Source: Paracoccaceae bacterium (GTDB lineage: Bacteria > Pseudomonadota > Alphaproteobacteria > Rhodobacterales > Rhodobacteraceae). Taken from it: DNA of 64,000 bases. The position numbers were made by a program, and so were the translations under genes. The stretch lies in assembly GCA_020832445.1 (NCBI GenBank), contig JAFIEO010000051.1, forward strand, positions 232 through 64,231, in the 5' to 3' direction. Below, one piece after another: positions 44,656 through 53,622 of the stretch. How positions within the stretch are numbered: position 1 is the first letter of the stretch; each line of letters starts with the position of its first letter. Under the pieces are notes generated by a model that was given only the letters and a program-made list of their open reading frames with translations, had not been told where the DNA came from and ran no database searches.

Positions 44656-46647
44656 TTATGGATGCGCGATTTCGCAATCCATTCCGCGTGCCGACAGGCG
44701 CAGGCAGGCGCGTTCCGCCTCGGCTGCGGTCAGGCCCGCGAAACTTGCCTCGAACCGGCCACTGGTCTGGCGAATGCGGCTGATACCGTTGCCAAGGGCT
44801 GCGGCCTCGGCCATTTTCACGGTGATGATGCCGCGTTCGGCGGCGTTGCGCGATGTGAATTCCCCAAGGGACACACCCCAAAGCCGCCCGCCATCCGACG
44901 TGGACACGCGACTGACAATTTCAGGGGTGGCGGCAGCGCTGGCTTCGCTGACTGCGGCAGTCGCAAGGGTTTGCGTATCGCGGTCGGGCTGTGCCCCGGA
45001 ACTTGTCAGGATGATCGAGGGGCGCGGCGCAGGTCTTGCGGGTTGTGCGGGGGGGGCTGCCTCGGGGGTGATATTCAGGGCATCCTGGGCCATGATCTGG
45101 CCCGCACCATCGGGTGTCGGGGTATAAAGCCCGGCAATATCAAATTCGGAATCGTCCGTGGCGAATTCGGTCAGCAACACAGTTTCTGATGCTCCGATCC
45201 AGATCGTTTCGGGCGCTGTGGTGTCGGTTTCAGCCTCGCCCGCCTGTGCCTGATCGGCCTGTGCCAGTTGCCGGTCCGCAGCATCAGCCTCGACGCCGGT
45301 GTCCGGACGGGCCGGTGGCGCATCGACGAAGTCCATGTCCGCGTCGGGGATGGGCGGGTCAGCCTGATCCAGCGCTGCCAGATCATCGATATGCGCAATG
45401 CTGAACCCGGCCGCCTGCGCCGCTGCAAAATCCGGGGCTTCAGTCTGTGGGACAGCCAGATCGCCGGTTGCGCCGAATTCTTCGGGGCGGGCAGGGGGCG
45501 TGACTGTCGGGGTGTCGGGTGCCAGTTCTGCCAGCGCTATTGCTGTGCTGTCTTCATCAGGGGTGGACTGCGCGGCTTCGGCAGGTGTGGCAGCGGCAAT
45601 CTGGGATACAGCCGCTTCCACCCCGTCACGCAAGGCAATCAGCATATCCGGCGCAGGTTCGCTTACAGGGCGGGCGGGTGGGCGCGGGCTTGTGCGCACG
45701 GCGGTTTGCAGCCGGATCGTGCGCGCCGATGCGGGCCTGTCGCCGCTGCTTTCGGGCGCCTGGGCAACCGCAACCGTGCCGCGCCCGCGATAAGAGGGTG
45801 TGGCAGGCGCGCGGGTGGCGACGCGCGCCCCTGCGCGGTTGAACCCGATATCCAGCAATTCCGCGACATGGGCATTGCGCGCAGCCGTTGACGACCCGCC
45901 AAACATTGTAGCGATGATATGCTTGCCGCCGCGTTCCGCAGATGCGGTCAGGTTGAACCCCGCTGCGCGGGTGTATCCCGTCTTGATTCCGTTTGCGCCT
46001 GAATAGGCATCCAGAAAGCGCCGGTTTGTGTTGGGCACTGTGCCCATGCCCGCATGATCGCTGCGACGCGAGAAGATGTTGAAGTATTGCGGATAGTCAA
46101 AATACAGCTGGCGGCCCAGAATGGTCATGTCGCGCGCAGTTGATACATGGCCCGCCTGTGTCAGCCCGTGCGGATTTCTGAATGTGGTGTTGGACATGCC
46201 CATATCGCGCGCCGTGGCTGTCATACGGTCGGCAAATGCCTCGACCGAACCGGATATTCCTTCGGCAATGACCACGGCTGCGTCATTGGCAGACCGCAAG
46301 GCGGCGGCACGGATCAGGTGGCGCAGGGAAATTTTCTGCCCTTCGCGCAGGCCCAGACACACACAGGTCTGTTGCGTTGCGCGGCGGCTGGTGGTGAACA
46401 TTGTGTCCAGCGTAACTTCGCCATGTTTCACGGCCTCGAAGGCAATATACAGCGTCATCATCTTGGTCAGGGATGCAGGGTGCAGTTTTGTGTCATGGTT
46501 GCGCGCAAAAATGACTTCGCCGTTGCGTGCATCCATCACCATCGCGGCATAAGGGGCGGCAAGCGCGGGTGCTGCGACCAAATAGCCGACCAGTAAGATG
46601 GAACATACCAAAACGTGACGGTATATCCGCCCGAATCGTGCCTGCAT
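44656..46647 (-). CDS. D-alanyl-D-alanine carboxypeptidase (S11, PBP5/6-like) fused to a C-terminal SPOR domain by a long low-complexity linker
   Basis: Signal peptide, then SxxK (PASLTKMMT), SAND-like (RSANDAA) and KTG (IKTGYT). About 300 aa of Ala/Pro/Asp/Thr-rich linker. C-terminal SPOR-like WGVSLGEFTSRNAAE...FEASFAGL. Confidence 0.85.
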   Translation of the reverse strand: MQARFGRIYRHVLVCSILLVGYLVAAPALAAPYAAMVMDARNGEVIFARNHDTKLHPASLTKMMTLYIAFEAVKHGEVTLDTMFTTSRRATQQTCVCLGLREGQKISLRHLIRAAALRSANDAAVVIAEGISGSVEAFADRMTATARDMGMSNTTFRNPHGLTQAGHVSTARDMTILGRQLYFDYPQYFNIFSRRSDHAGMGTVPNTNRRFLDAYSGANGIKTGYTRAAGFNLTASAERGGKHIIATMFGGSSTAARNAHVAELLDIGFNRAGARVATRAPATPSYRGRGTVAVAQAPESSGDRPASARTIRLQTAVRTSPRPPARPVSEPAPDMLIALRDGVEAAVSQIAAATPAEAAQSTPDEDSTAIALAELAPDTPTVTPPARPEEFGATGDLAVPQTEAPDFAAAQAAGFSIAHIDDLAALDQADPPIPDADMDFVDAPPARPDTGVEADAADRQLAQADQAQAGEAETDTTAPETIWIGASETVLLTEFATDDSEFDIAGLYTPTPDGAGQIMAQDALNITPEAAPPAQPARPAPRPSIILTSSGAQPDRDTQTLATAAVSEASAAATPEIVSRVSTSDGGRLWGVSLGEFTSRNAAERGIITVKMAEAAALGNGISRIRQTSGRFEASFAGLTAAEAERACLRLSARGMDCEIAHP

Positions 46648-46851
46648 CCGTTTGCCTTTGTTTTTTGCCGCGATTTTTTTTGCGGTCTAACTGCTCAGCT
46701 TCTATGGTAGCACGATGTCGCTTGTCAGAAAAGTATGAAATTTCAATAGGTTTTTACGTATACTTAATCTTGCCGAAGGGCAGGTCTTGTGGTGTGCGCG
46801 CGGCGGTGCACCAGATTTCGACAACAGGTTTCAATTCAGGGTTGATCGCTG

Positions 46852-47556
46852 TCAACTTCCGTCGATCCAGCCCACCAGATCGGGCAGCGCACCAAGGCTG
46901 GGCAGACTGCGATAACGCGGATGTGTCAGGGGCGGTTCGGCATATTCAATTTCCCAGACCAGACCATGCGGGACATAGACCCCCCAGCCCCCGGCAAGAA
47001 TGGGCGGTATGACATCGGATCGCATGGAATTTCCTACCATCAGCGCAGCTTCGGCCCCGTCCCCGTGGCGGGTGAAAATATCGGCATAGGCCTGCGGCGT
47101 TTTGTGGGACACAATCTCGACCGCGTCAAACATCTCGCCCAGCCCTGATTGCGCCAGTTTGCGTTCCTGGTCCAGCAAATCGCCCTTGGTAATCAGCACC
47201 AGCTTATGCGAAGGTGCAAGCGCGGCAATCGTGGCCTCGACATCGGGCAGCAATTCGATAGGGTGGCGCAGCATGTCCTGTCCGGCGGCCAGCAGTTGCG
47301 CAATGACAGATGCGGGCACGCGTTCTTCTGTCACCTCTATTGCGGTTTCGATCATCGACAGGACAAAACCCTTGATCCCGAAGCCGTATTGCCCAAGATT
47401 TCTGCGCTCGGCCTCCAGCAAGCGGGCCATCAGGGTGTCCTTGTCGGTGTAATCTGCCAGAAGGTTTGCAAAATGTTGCTGTGTCAGCCGAAAGAAGCGT
47501 TCATTGTGCCACAATGTGTCATCTGCATCGAAACCAAGTGTTGTGATACGGGTCAT
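46852..47556 (-). CDS. HAD-superfamily hydrolase
   Basis: Motif I LGFDADDTLW, later ITKGD and VGNSMRSD. Confidence 0.75.
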   Translation of the reverse strand: MTRITTLGFDADDTLWHNERFFRLTQQHFANLLADYTDKDTLMARLLEAERRNLGQYGFGIKGFVLSMIETAIEVTEERVPASVIAQLLAAGQDMLRHPIELLPDVEATIAALAPSHKLVLITKGDLLDQERKLAQSGLGEMFDAVEIVSHKTPQAYADIFTRHGDGAEAALMVGNSMRSDVIPPILAGGWGVYVPHGLVWEIEYAEPPLTHPRYRSLPSLGALPDLVGWIDGS

Positions 47557-47672
47557 CTGGTCCTGTCTGCGGCTTCGGGGCTTTTCTGTGGCCTCAGTTG
47601 CGTTATATTACGCAGTAATCGCGTCATCCAGCACTGAAAAGGCCAAAACCCCGTATGCGTCACGTTCCGAGC

Positions 47673-47999
47673 ATGACAGACAATGATGACCCCAATGGAC
47701 CGGATAATGACGGTGCCGTGGTCACCAAGACACGCACCCGAACCCAGCGCCCGCCTATGTACAAGGTCATGCTGCTGAATGATGACTTCACGCCAATGGA
47801 ATTTGTGGTGCATGTGCTGGAACGCTTTTTCGGCATGTCGCATGCCATGGCATTCGACATCATGCTGACGGTGCATAAGAAAGGGGTGGCCGTCGTGGGC
47901 GTCTTCTCCTATGAGGTGGCGGAAACCAAGGTTGCGCAGGTCATGGATTTTGCGCGCCGTCATCAACACCCGCTGCAATGCACGCTGGAAAAGGAATAG
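47673..47999 (+). CDS. clpS: ClpA/ClpXP adaptor ClpS
   Basis: [27 protein letters not shown]...[19 protein letters not shown] is canonical ClpS. The start could be ATG 47655 or 47673. Confidence 0.9.
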   Translation: MTDNDDPNGPDNDGAVVTKTRTRTQRPPMYKVMLLNDDFTPMEFVVHVLERFFGMSHAMAFDIMLTVHKKGVAVVGVFSYEVAETKVAQVMDFARRHQHPLQCTLEKE

Positions 48000-48012
48000 G
48001 CGCCGCGCGCCC

Positions 48013-49083
48013 ATGACATATACCCCCCCTGTCCTTGCCGCTGATCCGGCCCCGCGCCATGCGCGCCTGACCCTTGCCATGGCCGAAGGTCTGGTGCTGC
48101 CTGACGGGCCGGTTGCTGTGCTGCGCCCGCGCGCGGGCGAACGGTTCGACCCGCTGGAGATGTCCCGCCTGCACATGGCGCAGGGTTTTCGCCCCGACCA
48201 TGATGCGCTTGTGGCTGCTGGCTATGATGTGGCGATTGCCGCGCGCCCTGCGCCTGCCGCTCTGGTTTGCCTGCCACGCTCCAAGGCCGAAGCCTTCGGG
48301 CTGATTGCGCAGGTCGCGGCCGCGCCCGGCACTGAACTGGTGCTGGTGGATGGGCAGAAAACCGACGGCATTGATTCGGTGCTTAAAACCCTGCGCGGCC
48401 ATGTTGACGTGTCGGGTGTGGTGTCAAAAGCCCATGGCAAACTGTTCTGGTTCGATCCGCGCGGCGTGGACCTGTCAGATCTGGCGTTTTGCCCCACCAC
48501 AGTATCCGACCCTGATCTGGGACAATTCCACACGGTTGCAGGGGTGTTTTCTGCCGACGGCGTTGACCCCGCATCGCAGATGCTGGCGCATGCCCTGCCG
48601 GAAGAGTTGCCCGCGACATTGGCGGATTTGGGCGCGGGATGGGGTTATCTGTCTGCGGCGGCCCTGTCGCGCAGCGGTGTGCAAACCCTGCACCTGATAG
48701 AAGCGGATGCCGCTGCGCTGGATCTGGCGCGGCGCAACATCACCGATGTGCGCGCGCAATTTCACTGGGCCGATGCGACGCAAGTGGCGCTGCCGGGGCG
48801 TGTGGATGGTGTGGTGATGAACCCGCCCTTTCACACAGGCCGCAAGGCGCAGCCCGAACTGGGATTGGCGTTTATTGCAGCAGCCGCGCGCATTCTTGCC
48901 CCGCGCGGGCGGTTGTGGATGGTTGCGAATCGGCATTTGCCTTATGAAGGGGTGTTGGCTGCTGCGTTCATGCAGGTCGAGATTGTGGTGGAAAACGGCG
49001 CGTTCCGTGTCTGGCAGGCAACCGCACCAAAGCGCACCGGCGCAGGCAAGGGCGCGGGCACTGTAACCCGCCGCCGACGTTAA
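48013..49083 (+). CDS. Class I SAM-dependent methyltransferase (RsmC/RsmD-like small-domain rRNA methyltransferase)
   Basis: ORF 47911..49083. Start moved to ATG 48013 (MTYTPPVLAAD). SAM site DLGAGWGYLS and catalytic VMNPPFH. Confidence 0.65.
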   Translation: MTYTPPVLAADPAPRHARLTLAMAEGLVLPDGPVAVLRPRAGERFDPLEMSRLHMAQGFRPDHDALVAAGYDVAIAARPAPAALVCLPRSKAEAFGLIAQVAAAPGTELVLVDGQKTDGIDSVLKTLRGHVDVSGVVSKAHGKLFWFDPRGVDLSDLAFCPTTVSDPDLGQFHTVAGVFSADGVDPASQMLAHALPEELPATLADLGAGWGYLSAAALSRSGVQTLHLIEADAAALDLARRNITDVRAQFHWADATQVALPGRVDGVVMNPPFHTGRKAQPELGLAFIAAAARILAPRGRLWMVANRHLPYEGVLAAAFMQVEIVVENGAFRVWQATAPKRTGAGKGAGTVTRRRR

Positions 49084-49097
49084 CAAAGGCACATAGT

Positions 49098-49919
49098 ATG
49101 AGCTATTCCATCGCGGGCAAGACAGCAATCATCACCGGCGCCGCCAATGGCGTGGGGCTGGCAATTGCACATCATTTCGTGGGGCAGGGGGCACGTGTTG
49201 TTCTGGCCGACCGCGATGAGGTCAAACTGAAAGCCGAAATCGCCAAGATGTCGGGGTCGGATGAACACGCGATTTTCTTTGCGGGGGATTTGCGCGAACG
49301 CCTGACGCTGGCCAACCTGATTTCGGCCACGGTCGATGCGTTCGACAAGGTGGATATTCTGGTCAATGCAACGCGCCAATGCGCCCCTTCCGACCCGCTG
49401 GACGACCAAAGCGACGCGGTCGAGCAATCCTTGCAGCAGAATCTTCTGGCCAGCCTGAAACTTAGTCAACTGGTCGCAAAGCGTATGTTGACCCAGGCCG
49501 AAGCCGATGACGGGGCCGCAGGCAGCGGGCGCCACGCGATAGGGTCCATCATCAACCTGTCATCCATTGCAGCGCGCCGTTCGCAGCCGGAACTGATGGC
49601 CTATTCGATTGCCAGCGCGGCACTGGACCAGATGACACGCGCCATGGCCGTTGCCTTGGCCGGCAAGCGTATTCGCGTGAACGGTGTTGCCCTTGGCAGT
49701 GTCATGAGTGCGCATCTGAAAGAGATGATGAACGCCAATGAAGATTATCGCGAACGGATTGTGCAGCAAACCCCGATGCGGCGTATCGGTGCCGCATCCG
49801 AGGCGGCAGAGGCCGTGCAGTTCCTTGCATCCGACGCGGCCGCCTTCATGACCGGCCAGATCATTACGATTGATGGCGGGCGCACGCTGATGGACCCGGT
49901 TTCGGTTCCCGCACATTAA
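49098..49919 (+). CDS. SDR-family oxidoreductase
   Basis: TGAANGVGLAIA (TGxxxGxG), NLSS...YSIASAAL (YxxxK-like region) and ITIDGG. Confidence 0.8.
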   Translation: MSYSIAGKTAIITGAANGVGLAIAHHFVGQGARVVLADRDEVKLKAEIAKMSGSDEHAIFFAGDLRERLTLANLISATVDAFDKVDILVNATRQCAPSDPLDDQSDAVEQSLQQNLLASLKLSQLVAKRMLTQAEADDGAAGSGRHAIGSIINLSSIAARRSQPELMAYSIASAALDQMTRAMAVALAGKRIRVNGVALGSVMSAHLKEMMNANEDYRERIVQQTPMRRIGAASEAAEAVQFLASDAAAFMTGQIITIDGGRTLMDPVSVPAH

Positions 49920-49957
49920 CGAAAGTCCTGTGCCCGCGTCCATTGGTGGCGCTTTCT

Positions 49958-50185
49958 GGCCTGAATCGGTCATTCGACTGCCCCAAGGCGCGGAATCAAG
50001 GGCGCAGGTGGCCCACGCCATCGGCGGGCCGTCCCGCGGCCTGCCGATTTGGCTGATGGCAGTCCAGGCCCATGATCTTGGGAATAGGCAGCCTGCATAA
50101 AGTGAACTTCACGAACGCCGGATCGGCAGACCCCGGCCCACCGCTGGCGCGGGCTTTATCCAAGCGCGAATGACCGCAAAAGGCC
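49958..50185 (+). repeat. Family A palindromic intergenic repeat, copy A4
   Basis: Outer arms GGCCTGAATCGGTCATTCG ... CGAATGACCGCAAAAGGCC. Belongs with A5 to a subfamily sharing AATCAAGGGCGCA..TGGCCCACGCCAT and TTGGCTGATGGCAGTCCAGGCC. Confidence 0.9.
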
Positions 50186-50195
50186 CAAGGTCACG

Positions 50196-50567
50196 CTAGG
50201 GCAGACGACACGCCGACACGCGATCGGCGGTCTGAATAACCAGTTCCGCCCGCGTCTGGCGCAACTGCGCCAAGCGCGCCTGTTCAGCGTGCCGGTCAAT
50301 CGCTTCGCGCGATTCGGACCGTGGGCGCTGAATGGACTGCGTGCAAAACAGCACGGGTTCACGGGGCCATGCACACAGGCTTATGCGCGTCTTGCCTTCT
50401 TGCGCTGGCAAAATGCGAAAGCCTTTTTCAAGCGCGGTTTCCACATCGGCAATCTGTTCATCGACGGCGCGCAAATCTGACTGTGCGGCGCGCACGCACC
50501 TGTCCTGCGGTGTGCTGCATGCGGCAATCAGTGCCGGGACGGCCAAAATCAGGATCAGATTGCGCAT
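50196..50567 (-). CDS. Small lipoprotein of unknown function
   Basis: ORF 50196..50714. Start moved to ATG 50567 (MRNLILILAVPALIAAC, signal peptide plus lipobox). The rest is helical, Arg/Gln-rich and contains Cys. Confidence 0.6.
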   Translation of the reverse strand: MRNLILILAVPALIAACSTPQDRCVRAAQSDLRAVDEQIADVETALEKGFRILPAQEGKTRISLCAWPREPVLFCTQSIQRPRSESREAIDRHAEQARLAQLRQTRAELVIQTADRVSACRLP

Positions 50568-50623
50568 GGTTCCGGTTTCCCCGCATAGGCAGGACGCATG
50601 CATTTGCGCCCCGTTCCAGCCTG

Positions 50624-51181
50624 TCACCGCGGCGAGCGTTTGGCAAGGATGCGCTGCAATGTCCGGCGGTGCATGCTTAGCCTGCGCGCGGTCTCCGAGA
50701 CGTTGCGGTCGCATTGCTCATACACGCGCTGGATATGTTCCCAGCGCACACGGTCGGCGGACATGGGGTTGTCGGGTATGTCGGGCAATTCGTCATCCGG
50801 CATGGCCAGCAGGGCGCGCAACACGTCATTGGCGTCGGCGGGTTTCGACAGGTAATCGGTTGCGCCAATCTTGACGGCGGCCACTGCGGTGGCAATCGCA
50901 CCGTAGCCTGTCAACACAACCACACGCACATCGTCGCGTGCAGCGCGCAGGGCTTCAACCACATCCAGCCCGTTCCCGTCTTCCAGCCGCAGATCAACCA
51001 CGGCATAGGCAGGGGGGCGGGCCTTCGCGATGACCTTGCCTGCGATAACTGATGTCGCGGTTTCCACCTGAAAGCCGCGTTTTTCCATTGCCCGCGACAG
51101 GCGCTTCAAAAACACTTCGTCATCATCGACCAACAGCAGTGTTGGATCCGGCCCAAGGTCAATTTTCGCGCTATCTTCCAT
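50624..51181 (-). CDS. regA: Redox-responsive response regulator RegA/PrrA/ActR
   Basis: ORF 50624..51229. Start moved to ATG 51181 (MEDSAKIDL). LLLVDDDEVF...VVDLRLEDGNGLDVV, and the near-invariant C-terminal HTH NVSETARRLSMHRRTLQRILAKRSPR. Confidence 0.92.
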   Translation of the reverse strand: MEDSAKIDLGPDPTLLLVDDDEVFLKRLSRAMEKRGFQVETATSVIAGKVIAKARPPAYAVVDLRLEDGNGLDVVEALRAARDDVRVVVLTGYGAIATAVAAVKIGATDYLSKPADANDVLRALLAMPDDELPDIPDNPMSADRVRWEHIQRVYEQCDRNVSETARRLSMHRRTLQRILAKRSPR

Positions 51182-51251
51182 TTTCACACCCGCTTTCCTG
51201 TCACTGACATTTAGGGCGCGATGTGGCAAAGGTCAATTTCATCAGCAGGTG

Positions 51252-51872
51252 TTACGCATTGTCGATGAAGCAGGCCAGCGTATCGGCCACCTGTTCGGGG
51301 GTCTGGTCGCGGCGGATGATGTCGACAAACCCGTGTTCGGGCAGCATCAGATAGCTGAAGGTCGAATGATCGATCAAAAAGAAATCATCATCGCTTTCCT
51401 GTGCGGCATAATACACGCGGTAGGCGCGTGCGGCGTTGCGAATCTGTTCCTCGGTGCCTGTCAGGCCAATCATGTCGGGATGCATGAAGCGCACGAATTC
51501 GGCCAGCAGTTCCTGTGTGTCGCGCTGGTGGTCCACGGATACGAACACCGGTGTCACATCATAGCCGCGTTCCGTCAGCAGATCGACCGCCTGTGCATTG
51601 CGTGCGGTGTCCAGCGGGCAGACATCGGGGCAGAATGTATAGCCGAAATACAGCAGGACCGGACGATCCGCGAAATCTGCGTCGGTGACAGTGCGCCCAG
51701 TGTGGTCAACCAGTTCAAATGGTCCACCTATGGCGCCCGCGCCCCCCGCAATCGACGTTTCGCGGCATTGTCCCAGACCGGCCTGATCCGACCCTGTCAG
51801 AACCATATAGCCAAGCCCCCCAAGAAGGGCGGCAATCAGTCCGGCGGCAATAAGTGAATAAAGGCGAATCAT
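51252..51872 (-). CDS. senC: SCO1/SenC/PrrC copper chaperone
   Basis: Only the 3' third of track ORF 51252..53285 is real. From ATG 51872: MIRLYSLIAAGLIAALLGG (TM), then GPFELVDHTGRTVT...LLYFGYTFCPDVCP (CxxxC)...DHS. Confidence 0.9.
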   Translation of the reverse strand: MIRLYSLIAAGLIAALLGGLGYMVLTGSDQAGLGQCRETSIAGGAGAIGGPFELVDHTGRTVTDADFADRPVLLYFGYTFCPDVCPLDTARNAQAVDLLTERGYDVTPVFVSVDHQRDTQELLAEFVRFMHPDMIGLTGTEEQIRNAARAYRVYYAAQESDDDFFLIDHSTFSYLMLPEHGFVDIIRRDQTPEQVADTLACFIDNA

Positions 51873-51986
51873 CGCACCCTCTCCAGCTTGGGGATATGGC
51901 GTCTTGATGCCGGAATGCGCGCGGCCTAACAATCCCTTATCCCGCAAGTGTGACATCAAGCCCCGCCGACCAGAAGGAACCACCCC

Positions 51987-53375
51987 ATGCAACCGTCCAC
52001 ATTCGGCGAAATCAGTCAGGAAAATCGCGGGGAATGGGTGCGGCTGCGCACATTGACCTATGTGCGCGCCCTTGCGCTTGCTGGGCAGGTGGTGGCGTTC
52101 GTGCTGGCGGTTATGGTGTTTGACTTGCGGTTTGACATGGGGTTGGTCGCGTTGGTCATTGCTGCTGCGGCTGTGTCTATTTTGCTGTCGCTGTTTTTGT
52201 TCCCGCCCACCAAACGCCTGTCGGATGTCGAAGCATCGCTGACATTCCTGTTCGACATCGCACAGTTGGGGTGCCTGCTTTATCTGACAGGGGGCATTAC
52301 CAACCCGTTTGCGCTGTTGATCATGGCCCCCGTCGCCATTTCTGCGATGGCGCTGCAACCACGTTCCACCATGATGCTTGCGCTGGTGGCCATCGCGCTG
52401 ATCTCTCTGGTCAGTATGGCGTATCAGCCGCTGCGCTTCTCGGATGGCACCATTCTTGTTGTGCCCCAGATCCTGAGCTTCGGGTTCTGGGCCGCGATTG
52501 TCATAGGTGTCGTGTTTCAGGCATTCTATGCGCATCGTGTCGCCGCCGAGTCGGAGTCGATGGCGGATGCCCTGCTGGCGGCGCAAATGGCGCTGTCGCG
52601 CGAACAGAAACTGACCGATCTGGGGGGCGTTGTGGCCGCCACCGCGCATGAGCTGGGCACGCCATTGGCCACGATCAAGCTGGTCAGTTCCGAACTGGCG
52701 GACGAATTGGCAGACCGGCCCGACCTGTTGGATGATGTGCGCCTGCTGGCCAGCGAGGTGGACCGTTGCCGCGATATTCTGCGCGCCATGGGCCGCAGCG
52801 GCAAGGATGACACGCATATGCACCGCGCGCCGCTGGAAGCGGTCCTGCGTGAAGCCGCCGACCCCCATTGCGGGCGCGGCAAGCAGGTGCATTTCCTGCT
52901 GACACCGGAAGGGGGCGCGCCTGACGGCCAGCCGCAGATCCTGCGCCGTCCTGAAATCATCCACGGGTTGCGCAACCTTATTCAGAACGCGGTTGATTTT
53001 GCGCAATCCGAAGTGTGGGTTGATGCGCGCTGGACGCCCCAAGCCCTGACGTTGCGCATCATTGATGATGGCGCGGGTTTTTCGCCGCAGGTTCTGGCCA
53101 GCATAGGCGAACCATTCATCGGTCGCAGGCGCGATCCGTCCCGCACCAGGCGGCGGCCGGGCTATGATGGTATGGGGTTGGGCACCTTTATCGCCAAGAC
53201 ATTGCTGGAACGCACTGGCGCAAGGCTGGATTTCATGAATTGCGACGGATCTGTCAAAACCCTGCCGCAGGCGCCGGAACTGCACGGCGCGCTTGTGGAA
53301 ATTCGCTGGCCGCTGGCCGCGATTGCCGCAGATGTGTCGCAGGGGCTGGGGCCGAACCCTTCTATGTCCGCCTAA
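51987..53375 (+). CDS. regB: Redox sensor histidine kinase RegB/PrrB/ActS
   Basis: Six TM segments, H-box AATAHELGTPLATI, N-box NLIQNAVDFA, G-box DDGAGF / GMGLGTFIAKTLLE. Divergent from senC-regA, as in Rhodobacter. Confidence 0.9.
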   Translation: MQPSTFGEISQENRGEWVRLRTLTYVRALALAGQVVAFVLAVMVFDLRFDMGLVALVIAAAAVSILLSLFLFPPTKRLSDVEASLTFLFDIAQLGCLLYLTGGITNPFALLIMAPVAISAMALQPRSTMMLALVAIALISLVSMAYQPLRFSDGTILVVPQILSFGFWAAIVIGVVFQAFYAHRVAAESESMADALLAAQMALSREQKLTDLGGVVAATAHELGTPLATIKLVSSELADELADRPDLLDDVRLLASEVDRCRDILRAMGRSGKDDTHMHRAPLEAVLREAADPHCGRGKQVHFLLTPEGGAPDGQPQILRRPEIIHGLRNLIQNAVDFAQSEVWVDARWTPQALTLRIIDDGAGFSPQVLASIGEPFIGRRRDPSRTRRRPGYDGMGLGTFIAKTLLERTGARLDFMNCDGSVKTLPQAPELHGALVEIRWPLAAIAADVSQGLGPNPSMSA

Positions 53376-53622
53376 GGCGCGGGTGCCTGAATGGCTTGAC
53401 TTACAGCCCGTCTGTGCCTAAACGAACAGGTGATTCCGGAAGTATGAATGCTTCCGGTCTTTGCCTATGGGCAAAGATCGCCATCCGCCAGCGCGTTGCG
53501 CCCGTGGGTGCAATCGTGCTTTGTGGCCCGTTGTGCCAGAATAATATGGCCCGCGGGCCGGTTTGATACGGCCCTTCACGGGCATTTGGTTGCAGCCCCT
53601 GCGGGGCAAGGAGATGACGCGC

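Noticed and set aside
46674-46681. T8 homopolymer in the AT-rich spacer upstream of the PBP/SPOR gene as a phase-variation switch
   Set aside because: It is a single short tract with no recognisable -35/-10 spacing dependence and no contingency-gene context. Too speculative to report.
51873-53285. Upstream two-thirds of the 677-aa minus-strand ORF that ends as senC
   Set aside because: Only the last 206 codons (from MIRLYSL) look like SCO1/SenC. The upstream part is antisense to regB, has no motifs, and runs through the regB-senC divergent promoter region.
53376-53622. Possible SRP (4.5S) RNA, riboswitch or sRNA in the 247-bp spacer upstream of ffh
   Set aside because: I found no SRP-RNA domain IV-like motif or known riboswitch core. 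The only features are small hairpins (CCGGAAG...CTTCCGG, GGCCCGCGGGCC) and a mediocre TTGACT-N17-TAAACG promoter candidate. This is not enough to call.
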